Source: Takakia lepidozioides
Taxonomy: Eukaryota > Plantae > Bryophyta
NCBI GenBank assembly: GCA_030704615.1
Contig: CM060733.1
Coordinates: forward strand, 70,742,001-70,806,000
Direction: 5' to 3'
DNA: 64,000 nt
A program made the position numbers and the translations under genes. Of the stretch, positions 50,390 to 62,900 are shown piece by piece. The notes beneath the pieces were generated by a model. That model was not told where the DNA came from and searched no databases. It worked only from the letters and a program-made list of their open reading frames with translations. The stretch's first letter is position 1. Every line of letters starts with the position of its first letter.

Positions 50390-53300
50390 CCACCCAATCA
50401 CACTAGTTCCTATGCTGAATTGCGTCTGCTACTCTCTGTCATCTAATAGGCATTCAACTTTTTGCCTCGGTTGTTCCACCATTCACTGGGGTCAACAAAG
50501 TATTCATTCCACACCTTCTCCTCATCTCTGTTATCTGTTTTGGATACTTTCCTGCTGCCGCATCGACAGTTACTTGTCATAGTCATTCCAAACCACCACA
50601 GATCCACCCAACGAGCTAACTTCCAGAATTCAATATGCATCTCAGGGCCGAGTCTGATGAGAGGGCAAAACAAGCTGAAATAGGTCGAAGAAGAAGGTGC
50701 CCTCACCACATTGTCCTTGACAATTCAATATGTAAATTCAGGGCCGAGTCTGATGAGAGGGAAAAACAGGCTGAAATAGGTCGAAGAAGAAGGTGCCCTC
50801 ACCACATTCTCCAAGGCCTCCATACCACGCCCCTGCTGTGCACACCCTGCAAGCATCGTGTTCCACGTGATGAAAGATCGTTGAGGCATTATGTTGAACA
50901 CTTGGTGAGCATCCATGATGCTCCCGCACATAACATACATGTTGACAAAGGCGTTGAGTAGAAAAATATTTGGCGTGCACTTTGGATAATGTGAGTGTGC
51001 ACCTGCTTTCTAGCTTCACTTGGCCTTTCATCTTGATGCACTTATGCAAGAGACAGACATATGTATCTGAATCTGCTGAAATGCCTCCTTGGTTTAAAGT
51101 CAGTAGAGCCTCTTTCAGTCTGCTTGCCTCACAAAGCATCTTCACATGCTCTTGATCCTCTTCCAGAAGTTATGGTCATGCCGGTTGAGGTGCCCGACTT
51201 TATCAACTGTGCCGCTGCAGCTGCTGCCTTTGGCGATGCAACCATGCACCTCTTTGCATCTGGTAATCTGACAGGCATTCACCTTGGTACAATTCCAACT
51301 CTGAAGATGTTGCCATGTGGATCTCTTTCCCCTTTTCCAAAGCTGCCAGGGCAGTGTTCAGATTGACATTTGGTACAATTGCAGCTTTGATGATATCCCC
51401 ATGCACCTCTTTGCCCTTCTCTAGGCCGGCTGCTAGGCTTGCACAAGCATTGCAAATGCACACAAACATGATGTGCTTCCATTGCTCATAGGTCTCCAAA
51501 GCCTCCATTCCACATCCCTGCTATGCATACCCTGCAAGCAAATCATATCGCACTCCATGACACCACATGTCGTTCAACCATAGTGTCGAACACTCCCTTT
51601 GCATCCTAGATGCACCCACATTTTGCACACATGTTCACCAGGGTATTGTTCAGAATGTCATCTGGTACAATTCCAGCTCTGAAGATGTCGCCATGCACAT
51701 CTTTCCCCATTTCCAAAGCTGCCAGGGCAGTGTTCACATTGACATTTGGCACAATTCCAGCTTTGATGATATCCCCATGCACCTCTTTGCCCTTCTCCAG
51801 GCCGGCTGCTAGGCTTGCACAAGCATTGCAAATGCACACAAACATGATGTGCTTCCATTGCTCATAGGTCTCCAAAGCTAATGGCACACGCAATGCCTAA
51901 AAATGGATAATTCCGGGAAGTCTATGCAGACTTCCCGACTGATCTACCCCCAACGGGTGCCTACGTGATACGTGCATTGCCTGAAAATGACACACACAGT
52001 GCCTGAAAACGGATAATTTTGGAAGTCTGTGTAGACTTTCCGGCTGATCTATCCCAAATGGGTGCCTACGTGACACGTGCATCGCTTGAGAAATGCATAA
52101 TGCCTGTGTGAAAACGGATAATCCCTGTGCAGGTGGCTCCCGAGTGCATGTGGAGCACCTAGATGAGGATGACGACATGGCATGGACCAACTACAACAGT
52201 ATTCCAAAGCAGTACAAAAAACTAGTGTTGGAGACCTCAATGTCCACCGCAAATTGGCATATTGCAAGAACAACGGACTTGTCACGCGCCCAATGTTGGG
52301 GTATTCGTGTTGACAGTGGGCAGCCCTATAAGCAACAAATTTGTCCTTCAAAATCGTCTAGCATTCCAGCTCCGAAGTATTCATCATATCACACTCCACG
52401 ACACCACATGTCGTTCAGCCATAGTGTCGAACACTCCCTTTGCATCCTAGATGCACCCACATTTTGCAAACATGTTCACCAGGGTATTGTTCAGAATGTC
52501 ATCTGGTACAATTCCAGCTTTGAAGATGTTGCCATGGACCTCTTTCCCCTTTTCCAGAGTGCCAGGGCAGTGTTCATAATGACATTTGGTACAATTCCAG
52601 CTTTGATGATATCCCCATGCACCTCTTTGCCCTCGTCCAGGCTCGATGCACCCACATTTTGGATACATGTCCACCAGGGTATGGTTCAGACTGACATTTG
52701 GTACAATTCCAGCTCTGAAGATGTCGCCATGGACCTCTTTCCCCTTTTCCAGAGCTGCCAGGGCAGTGTTCAGAATGCCATTGGTACAATTCCAGCTTTG
52801 ATGATATCCCCATGCACCTCTTTGCCCTTGTCCAGGGCTGCCAGGCTTGCACAAGCATTGCAAATGCACACAAAGTGGCGGGTTCACCCCCTCCCCCATC
52901 ATTGGATCATAGGTCTCCAAAGCCTCCATCCACGTCCCTGTTGTGCTACCCTGCAAGCATCGCACTCCACAACAACACATCTCGTTCAGCCATAGTATCG
53001 AGAACTCCACATTTGGCATACATGTCCAGGTCAGGGCAGTGTTCAGAATGACATTCGGTGCAATTCCAGCTTGGACCGATTGTCACCATGGACCTCGTTC
53101 CCCTTTTCAGGCTTGCACACGCATGCAAACACATACAAACACGATGTGGTTGGGCTTCACCCCTTCGCGCATCATTTGCTCACAAGTCTCCAAAGCATTC
53201 GTACCATGCCCATGCTTGGTAATCCTGCCAACATTATATTCCACGTGATCAAAGATCGTTGAGGCATTATGTGTTGAACACTTGGTGATCATCCATGATG

Positions 53301-53960
53301 CTCCCCTTAACATACATGTTGACAAGGTTGTTGAGTAGAAAAACGTTCGGCGTGAATCCACTTTGGACAATGTGAGTGTGCACCCGCTTTCCAACTTCTA
53401 GGCCTTTCATCTTGATGCATTTATGCAAGAGACACACATACGTATCTACATATACTGAAATGCCTCTTTGGTTTAAAATCTATAGAGCCCTTTTCAGTCT
53501 GGCTGCCTCATAAAGCTTTCACATGCCCATAAGTGCCAGAAGAGGCATTGTGGACTCCCTTCGTGATCCTCTTCCAGAAGCTGTGGTCATGGTTGAGGTG
53601 TCTAATTTTATCAACTGTGCCGCTACAGAGCCGTGCCGCTTCCAAACCATCTACCCATGGAGGTTTCTTGTAACTATCCTTCCACATGGATCATAGGTAA
53701 TCTGGAGCTTGAATCCGACCTCTGGATGAAGATGGACCACACTCTATCCTGTTCCTTCAGCTATCACTGCCTCTGCACAAATCATGCATACATCCTTGTC
53801 TTGTTGCCAATGCGATCATCGCACTCCACGACACCACATCTTGTTGAGCCACAGTCGAACACTACCTTCGCATCTTCAATGCTCCCGCATTCGCATACAT
53901 GTCACCAGGCGGTGTTCAGAACGACAAACCTACAATTCCAGCTTTCACGATGTCACCATG
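50390..53960 (-). pseudogene. Continuation of the decayed PDF-PPR cluster, with internally duplicated PPR motifs
   Basis: DEEKVWNEYFVDPSEWWNNRGKK (PDF); LCEASRLKEAL...ADSDTYVCLLHKC; repeated LEKGKEVHGDII.AGIVP and TLVNM.AKCGCI. Confidence 0.82.
51890..52385 (+). mobile_element. Insertion of a related MULE fragment: 2 x ~105 bp hairpin repeat plus a transposase C-terminal piece
   Basis: LVLETSMSTANWHIARTTDLSRAQCWGIRVDSG matches IVETKVSESQWRIARTLPAFRGKCCAIRVDT at 48870-48970; hairpin CGGGAAGTCT-ATGC-AGACTTCCCG. Confidence 0.7.
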
Positions 53961-55199
53961 GACCTTCCATATCACTTCCAGGTGGAAGCAGTACATATTA
54001 AAAATGCAAGCCCCCAAGGCCACATATTCTGTACCTGTTTTTGTGAAACACACGTCAGCAAATGTGGCCCCGAATCACGGGTGCAATCAATGCGCAGTGG
54101 TTCATGGAGTCGTTGAGTCGACTACATCTCATTTAATGAATAAATATATTTATTTCATTAATCAAATTATGAATGAAAATTTCTAGTCGCTTGTGCAGTA
54201 ATTAGAACCACTTGTAATTTCCGCTTTTTCAAATTTTATGTATTTACGCAATTAATTAAATAGCCCGGATTTTTGCTACGACTCCAGAGTCGTTGACCCC
54301 ACTTCTGCCCGCCGTTGAAATGCCCCCGTGGGCCCACATTGTCCGTTTCACTCTCCAGTAGTACCCTTACTGCCAAGTGGTTCCCCGGTGTGGTTGGCAG
54401 ACACCCAGTCGATTCGGAAAAGACACGAATGCTTCTAGTGAATGTGGCCTAGGGGGAGACATGATTGGCAGACGAGGACGCGTTAACTTGCACCAACAAA
54501 TATTAGATCAATTTAGAAGCGCTTCAAGTGACGAACGAAATGGTTCATCATCCAAATGTTCAACATGCTGAGGTCTTTTGTAATGTCTCTTGCTTCGTAA
54601 TGAGGTGATTCTCCAGCTCTTCTTTTTCCAATCGGGTGATGTTCTCAAACTGTAACAGATCCACACATGTGTATAGAAATCTTTAAAAAATCGAATGACC
54701 ATCAAAATTTGAGGCTTCAAATTTTGATGGTCACTTGGTTTTTGAAGGATTTATGTACACATCTATGACTCTGTTCTAGGTCGAGAATATCACCAGAATG
54801 AGGACATGGAGAAGCACCGCATTACAAAGGAAGCGTGAGTTGAGCACACACTTTATGAAGCGTGAGCGGCACGAAACCTTGTGGAAAAGTAGGCCCTATA
54901 GGTGAGGATGGCATGTAGAAGGCCTATTACCGTGGAAAACATGACTACCATGTAACATAGTTGTCATGGTTGCAGAAAAAGAAGAATAGAAGCATGACAG
55001 ATTTGAGTTCTATAATGATAGACAGCCTTCATTTGAATTCATATAAAGAACCTTACATCAATCGCAGACGCAATTGCCTGGTGTTGCACATATTCATTGT
55101 ATGTGTGTGTCCTACTTGTATAGACATGACGTGAAAAGTAGGAAGACCAGCAAGGCAAGTGGGCATGATCCCAAAGTGTTCAAAGAAAAGCTGCTAATG

Positions 55200-55600
55200 C
55201 CTCACGTGAGGAGTCACGCTGCAGAAGAGTATGAACTTCAGCGTAATCTATTGTGGCTTGGTGAATGAATTGGTCTCTCTTACCGTTGCAGTGCATCCTC
55301 ACAAGATATAGGTATGTAATATTGATGCTTGCAGGGGACCCACTTCTCTCTCTTCCCGAGACTGCCCTCACGCATGGTTACAAAATCAAGACAAGTGCAC
55401 TCTGGGAAATTGCCCACTGTAACCTGATATTTTTTGTCATGAATAATAGAGCCTGAAGTCACTAGTGTGTAAACTCGACCATAGCCCGGGGCCGGGACTT
55501 CCATGATACGAGTCACCTGAGCCTGCATAATTCTAGTTGATTCCATCTTGCAGTCGTGATCTGGACCTGAAGGGACACGACGCACTGTTTTCCCATTTCT
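55200..55600 (-). pseudogene. SWIM zinc-finger fragment of a paralogous MULE transposase
   Basis: VPAPGYGRVYTL...YQVTVGNFPECTCLDF...WVPCKHQYY parallels 49450-49630. Confidence 0.78.
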
Positions 55601-55786
55601 TTTTGTTGGGTGGGAGTCGGCACCGGGTGGAGGCATTCGAGGAACAGAAGGCACATTAGTACCCAAGCTGCATGAAGGCACCACTGGAGACCGTGGAAGA
55701 CGGAGCCCAGCCTCCTCCAGCATGCTAATCTCTGTTAATAACAATAGAACCCTTAGTGTACTTGTTAAGAGCCCTCGCTATTTTTG

Positions 55787-56153
55787 CCTAAACCCTAAAC
55801 CCTAACTCGCAAATCCTAACCCTAAACTCCATCTAGCAAAAGTGATGATCGTCGACGATCATCACGACATCTACCCAAATGCCAAAACAGAGTGACAATC
55901 ATCACCATGTTCAAGTTTTTTATTTTTTTAAATAATAATTAAAAAAATACGAAAAAATAAAATAAAATAAAAAATTGTTGACGATCGTCACTTTTGCTCT
56001 GTTTTGGCATTTGGGTAGATGTCGTGATGATCGTCGACGATCATCACTTCTGCTCTGTTTTGGCATTTGGATAGTTGTGATGATCAATCATCACCTTTGT
56101 TAGATGGAGTTTAGGGTTATGATTTAGGGTTAGGGTTTAGGGTTTAGGGTTAG
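55787..56153. mobile_element. ~370 bp foldback element capped by telomere repeats in chromosome-end orientation
   Basis: (CCCTAAA)n on the left and (TTTAGGG)n on the right; inverted arms; 24-bp palindrome GTGATGATCGTCGACGATCATCAC at 55842-55865 and 56024-56047. Confidence 0.75.
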
Positions 56154-57654
56154 AGAAGATGAGAGGGATTGCAGGGTGAGAGGGGACTGAATACACAATT
56201 TGATGCCATGATAATCGCGAAGCCTGCCTCGTGCCGTCTCTCCCTCCATCCCTGTCACGTCCGCCATCACCCCTCCTTGCCTGTATCGGTTTGTTTTTTT
56301 CTACGATTACATATACATATTGTGATTACGTACATATATCTGCCGCAAATACATATACGTACACACATGAGCTGGACACATTCATCTATGCAGAGGACTA
56401 CGCATCCAAATCCACAAACATTCATCCATAAGAAGTGCATTCGTTTGTGTCAAGATAAACCGAATACATTGACTTTCTTCCCGACCATCCCGGAGAGTGT
56501 TTCATTCAAACACAACGACATCCATCCATTTCCAAACATGCAAGGGCTTCGTATGTAGACCATATGTAAATTAGTCTATTCTATCTGGGCGATTTTTACG
56601 TAGAAAAGCCTCAATTTCACTCCGGCTAACTTTTAGGTTTGGGGATCTGCACTGGGAGCTGCTACTACACCTTGTTATTGACTGATACAAAAGCTTGTTG
56701 TAACTAACACGCTCATTCTCCCTTTCATGGGAAGGATAAAGGTCTCACTTCGGCAATCGCACACTTATCAAATCGCAGTTTATGACACGAGGGCCGGGGG
56801 TGGGATGGATGTTAAAGATGTAGTCTGCAATGACTGAAAATGGTAAATCATTCCGCGGAAATAGGCACCTATCGCGGAAATACGCCCTGTAAGTTCGAAA
56901 TTCAAAGATGACGTGGCGTGAATCTATGTTGGGCTCACGGGCTCACAGGCTCACGCCTCTGGGCTCACGATCTAGCATTCCCCGTTGCTCACCTAGTCAG
57001 AGAGATAGAGAGAGAGAAGACTCCGGCCGAAGCCGGCGTAACTAGGAGCCACTTCACCTTCAAGCTCCTGCCCCTTTTCGGGGTGGGCCATATAAGAGAA
57101 AGGGTGTCATGTAGGACACCAGGTAACCGGGGGTATAGAGGTATTTGTGGTATCATAGAGTACCCTGGGTACATAGGGTATCATCGTAGAGTTGGCAGTT
57201 TGTTGGTAATAATAGTTGTGAGGGATCGAAGTGTCGTGAGGTGGATTGCTTTGAAACATTTATGAATGTGGGGATTTTGAAGTTGTCATATATAGCGTTG
57301 ATACTGGCATTATGTATGCCACCTCTAGTTCCGGCAGTGATGACAGTTAGTGGGCCAGTGATCCAGCCCTACGTCGAATTGCATGGATGAGCGGAGCATA
57401 TTTTTTAGGGATGCTAGATCGTGAGCGGTGAGCCTATGCTTACGTGAGCGGTGCTGCCCCAGGATTTTGCAGAAAGGTACTGTACGCAATTCCGCGGATG
57501 ACATCCATAACCGCGGGCAGGATGTCCCTGTAGGCATGCCAGTGACAAGGTTATATGAAGAGCACAGTTGTCAAAGATCCAACCGATTGTTGCAATATTG
57601 ACAGTGGGCATAATGAAGATTAGTAATTAAGAGTAAGGTGGTATAGTGGATGGG

Positions 57655-58110
57655 TAATTAGGGTTTCTTTAGGGTTTTTAGGGTTTTTTTTCCCGCATAT
57701 GCCACTGATTTTTTTCTTGTTATTTCGGGATTTTAGGGTTTTCTTAGGGGGTTCTTAGGGGGGTTTTATTTTCCCCGCAGATGCCACTGAAAGTGGTGTG
57801 CGGTGCCGCGCACCACTTCCAGGGGATTTTTTTGGGGGGGGGTTTTAAGGGTTTTTAGGGTTTTTTTAAGGGTTGTTTTCAGTGTGCGGTGTCGCACACC
57901 CCTACTCCGGATTTGTTTTTTCTTTTTTGGGGTTTTTTTAAGGTTTTAGGGTTTTCCCCGCAGATGCCACTGCAAGTGGTATACGGCACTACACACCACT
58001 TTAAGGGGTTTTTCTTGGGGTTGTTTTGGGGGTTTTTTTGCCTGCAGATGCCACTAAAAGTGGTGTGCGGTGGTTTAGGGTTTGGAGTTTAGAGTTTAGG
58101 ATTTAGGGGA
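57655..58110 (+). repeat. Degenerate TTTAGGG tracts interspersed with a repeated hairpin unit
   Basis: cagatgccactgaaagtggtgtgcggtgccgcgcaccacttc and variants, 3-4 times. Confidence 0.65.
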
Positions 58111-59252
58111 TATTTTTATTTTGTTTTATTTTGGGCAATTGCCTCTGAAAATGGTGTCGTCTTGTTTGCAATATGCCGCATAGGTAAGCAGGTGACAGTC
58201 CTATCTATTCATTGAAGCCATGTGCTCTTCTTTCTTAATGGGGTCTAATTTCATCATACTTTACATGCCTATTCCCACGGTTATAGGACCAGCGGGAATA
58301 GGTACTCTTTCTTCGTCCGCGTGTCCTATGGCATTTGCTGACATGACCTTTGCTCGCACTGCCGTGGCATCCGCTCACGCTAACGTGGCTTGAGCGTGGG
58401 CTCACGCCACGTCAGCCTCGCGTGTGCGTGCGCTCACCGCTCACGCCGTAGTGTCACCCCATATTTTTGTCGTTTTTCTAAGATCGAGTCATTGGGGTAA
58501 CGATCTTGACAGCATGGAAATTCAATGAATTAGTGGATGATGAATTGTGGGGATGGTGTAGTGGGTGGTGGGGTGCTAGTGGGCAGGCCTTGGACAAGTA
58601 CAATATCGGGGCAAAGTCTCACCTAGTCATATGAACCAGTCGTAACCATGACTGTAGATTTTGTGTTTCTATTTCTTGTTGACACGTGTCAAGCAGGTCC
58701 TCCATGCGGATGTCTGTAGTTGTCACCATGCTAGTATATATTACTACACGTCAGCCTCTGGTCAACCTGCTCAGATGACACATCACTTGTTTTTTAGCTA
58801 GTCATGGGATATATATGACTCGCATGGCTACGACGAAGTGTTTACGAGGGGGGTGCGTGCCATGTCTACAAAATCCAAAGCTTGAAAAGACCTTGCTCTC
58901 TAGGGTGGGTTGACGCATGCAAATCCACGAACTGTTCTGGGCATATCTGAGGGTGTTTCTAAAGTATGGAACTTCAGCAGGTAAAGTGTTTACACAGCGA
59001 AGAAACAGTCCATGCGTCAGCGCATGGAGAATCCCTTCCCTGCTGCCCTGTCTCAGTGGGCGTGAAGACCTCCGCCTCCTTCCCTCCCTTCCCTCGCTTC
59101 CCTCCCTCCTCCCCCTCCGGCCTTGTTTCGCTGTGTGAGAGGAGGTCAGACTCTGTGCTCAAGCAATTACTTGCGACGATGAGGCAGAAGAGCTGGCCAT
59201 GAACATTGTGTGCGTTGACGCACGGTTCTGTGGGGGCCTGCTCAACCTCCTT

Positions 59253-59957
59253 TCATATGTTCCCTACTTGTCCAAGCAATGGACACACTTTAAATCGAAT
59301 TAAAATGCGACTGCGGAATTGAGTGTAGGGTTCGCATGATACCCGGGGGTCACTGTCAGGCAGGTTCGCTTCGCTCACATTCTTAGGACCCATCCCTATT
59401 GTCACAAGGTCCTGGCATACGGAAATAATGTAAGCATCAACGATTGCAAGCAAAGAAGCACTTAGTATGCCTACCTGCACTGGGTGATCCTCATGCCGCC
59501 CAAATTCTTGACCCTTAGTGGGTTTTGGGTCTACTGCAAGACCCTCCATCTGTTTGGACTCCTCAGAACCAGACTCATCCTCCTCATCTCCCCTCTCCAG
59601 AGATGGCTGCTCTTCCTCTTCCTCCTGCACTTCAACCTCCACTTCTCTGTCCTCGTCGCCCTCATCATCACCCAGTATCAGTTTGCACCTGTTCATCCTC
59701 TCCCTTGCTCTCTTCATTATACGGGCACTAGTGAAGTAGAGGGTGGTCCTCCTCCTCCTTCTACGCTTACTGGCTGCTCTCTCTATGCCACAGGCCTCCA
59801 GCTTGACAATTTGCCTCAATGCCTGCGATGAAAATCTTCTCTCGATTCTTCTCTTGGATATGCATGTGCCCCCTTGACCGCGTTGTTGCACTGAGTCCAC
59901 ACATTTGGAGCACGCCGGTTTGTCGAAAATAGATATAGGGTTCAAATCACAAGACAA
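59253..59957 (-). other. Uncharacterised ORF with an acidic low-complexity segment
   Basis: 234 aa open frame; no recognisable domain; may be a transposon remnant. Confidence 0.2.
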
Positions 59958-62900
59958 AGATGAACTTCAAAGATTGACCCGGTAAAAAGATAACATACTA
60001 TTTTTACTAACATGTCAGAAAATCAATATGTGGATGGATTTTATTTTTCGTCCAAAAAGGTTTGTTCATTGGACTAGTCCCCGATACACGGACCTTCGCC
60101 AGACTGGATGAATGTTACTGGAACAATGTCAAGTCATGTGCCGATTGTCCATTAAAAAAATATCAGTGGACATTGGGAATTTGCACAGTTCAACTTGACA
60201 AGGTGAATCCTCCTACGTTTGAATTTGGGATTACTCATAGTGTTGTATTTACCCTATACCCGTACGCTTGTATACCCGTTGCAGTGGCGGCTGTTGAATG
60301 CTTTCACGTGAACAGGATCCTGCACAGGCCTTTGGATGCCCATACTTGGACTCGGCAGCGCCGGCAAATGATATAAGCCTGTCGTTATGTCGCATGCAAC
60401 TTGGTGGCTTTTGCCATCATTTATCGGCAACGTTAGTTTCGTAACTTCACGGTTTTGGGGGTTCCCTGTTTTCAATTACTGCCTTCTCACTATCCATTTC
60501 AACTGCACTTGGCTCCTACATTGTCGACGTGTGAACGTGTGAACCCAGTTTAACACATCCGCATCTGTTTGTGCGTAAGATGTTTCCTCCTTGTGTGTTC
60601 CGGTCTTTTTCAAGTTTTGTGTGTTAATGTTGGCGTTGTTGTCCGTTGTTGTGTCCTCTCGTGCATGTCTGAGGCATCACTTAGACCATGGACTATATTG
60701 CTTGGTTCCACGCACAGGACCAGCCCCTGGCCTTCGACGCCTCTGCCAATGAAGGTGGATTCGCTACATATGGTGGAGGAGGATGTGTTGGCAATGCGTT
60801 TCCAGTTTGGTGTCGGAACCATCCTTGTGGAAAGAGAACTTTGCGATTCCGAAGGGAGGTTACAGAGCACTTTGTTTCAAAAGCTAATTCTGTCTTGAAG
60901 TCGAAGAGAATTGGAAGTTACTCCGGGAAAATACCGTGTGTTCGGTGTTGCTTGGCGACAGTCTTTCAAAAGAGCTGAAAGACTGTCTGAATGACGTATG
61001 AGAAATTGTTGTGAAGAAAGAGAAACCATCTTCTACAACTTATGTTGATCTGTCGGACTCCTTGGAGGAGGAGGTGTCTGAAATATTTGGACCACCTGGA
61101 CCTGGACCTGCTGTCTCTCGTGATTGTCACATGCAAGAGAAATCACGAGTGTTGTGGACAAGTTGCGATGCTTGAGGGGCATACCAGGGGTGCAAAATGA
61201 AATACAAAGAATAGGCTAGGACACGTTTCCACTGCAGAGAGTACAGTACCTTCCAAGCAATTTTGATGGAGATCACGTCCTTTTCGAAATCCCTCTCCAA
61301 CATTGGATTCTTCACTAGCTCTTCACTGCTTTCGAGTTTACTACTACCTATTATATAAAGTAGGGTTAATCAGGTTGAGTTGGAGGCTGGATGATCTGGT
61401 GATTGCTTTGGATAGATTGGGGGGGTAAGGTTGGAGTGGGGCTGCTGAGATTACTGGGGACGATGGTAATTTCCAATCTTGGGTGGTTATTCATTTCTCT
61501 CTCTAATAACCGGCGGTTACTTCGGAGGTGGAAAAAATGAAGTAACCGGCTGAGGTTGGGTACTCAAATAACCGGCAAATAACCTTTGAAAGAACCGCCC
61601 AATACCCACAGTTATTTGATGAAAACCACCAGTTATTGCTAGGTGGGTTTGTCTCTCCCTGCAATCCCCTCTCACTACCCTGCAATCCCCTCTCACTACC
61701 CTGCACATGTCTTTTTGGCTGACGTGCCTTGCTCCGGAGGGACCACCACAGACGCCGCCTTACCCTCACGCCATAAATGCAGGCGCCTTGTTTTTTTAGT
61801 CCTGCCAGCAGGTACCGGCCGGGCCTAGAGGGCCTCTATCCTGCACAAAAGTACGGGCCCCGCGGGTACGGATACCAGGGGGCTCCTTCGCCGTTGCCCG
61901 GGCATTTAGGGGCCCCCGTGGAGATGCTCTTAGGGCTCCAGGAGGCCCGCCAAAAGACCATAGGTGGGTTAGAGGTGTGGGAGGGGCGGGCCAGGCTTGT
62001 GGAGTAAGGAGAACGAGTGCATGTGAAGAAGTGGGCCCAGGTTGGTGATGACTAGTGATAGTTAATGAAATAAGGGTGGAGATCATGACTTAGGTACTTC
62101 AGCAATTGGTGATTTCAATGAAATGAGGGTGGCCCAAATTTTTTTAGAGAAGTTGGAGGCATTTAAAAAACTATATATTTTATAAAATTCATGACCTGCC
62201 CTTACACACAACCGACAGGCTTCTATAACAACAAACCCTTCATATCCATGACCGGCAACAAAAAAAATGAGCATAGATTATGATTATGCATATCTGCCGG
62301 ACAACAAAAATCTTAATATCCTCACAAGCCTGGCCCGGGCGGGCTTCTAATGGGTTTCCATACTGGTCATATCCAGCCATTGAAAATTTTAATAACTGCA
62401 ACTGCAGGTTATTAGTTTCCTAAATATTGAAGCAACTGGAACAGCCGGTTATGAAAAAAATTCAAATAATCGCTCAACACTTGTAATTTCATGGGGGGTG
62501 GTATGTCGTGCTTAGTCATGCTCCCTGGGGGGGGGCGCCACGATGATTGAGAGTAGGGGAGCTACAAGTTCTATCGTGTTATGCTTGTACGCAGCCTTTG
62601 TAGGTTATGTAGCAGCTTGGTTAGAGCCCGATATTGTTTCAGCTTGAATTGATATGTGGTGTTTTGTGGTTGGTTGGCTGATGCTTGAGAATTTGATAGC
62701 CAGACTGTTTTGGGGGGGTGATACGATCAGCGGATGGGGTGGGAGGGTTTTCATCAGATTGTTGTGTATGAGAGAGGTCATATGTTGTGTGGTGCAAGAG
62801 TGCTTACTAGTTCAGGCAGCGTTGAGGGAGACTTTTGGAGTGTTGCATTTTAGTATGATTTGGCTGCATAAACCTTCATTACTTTCAAAGAAATAAATAA

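Noticed and set aside
55787-58110. A true chromosome end
   Set aside because: Telomeric tracts are short, degenerate, interstitial and in both orientations.
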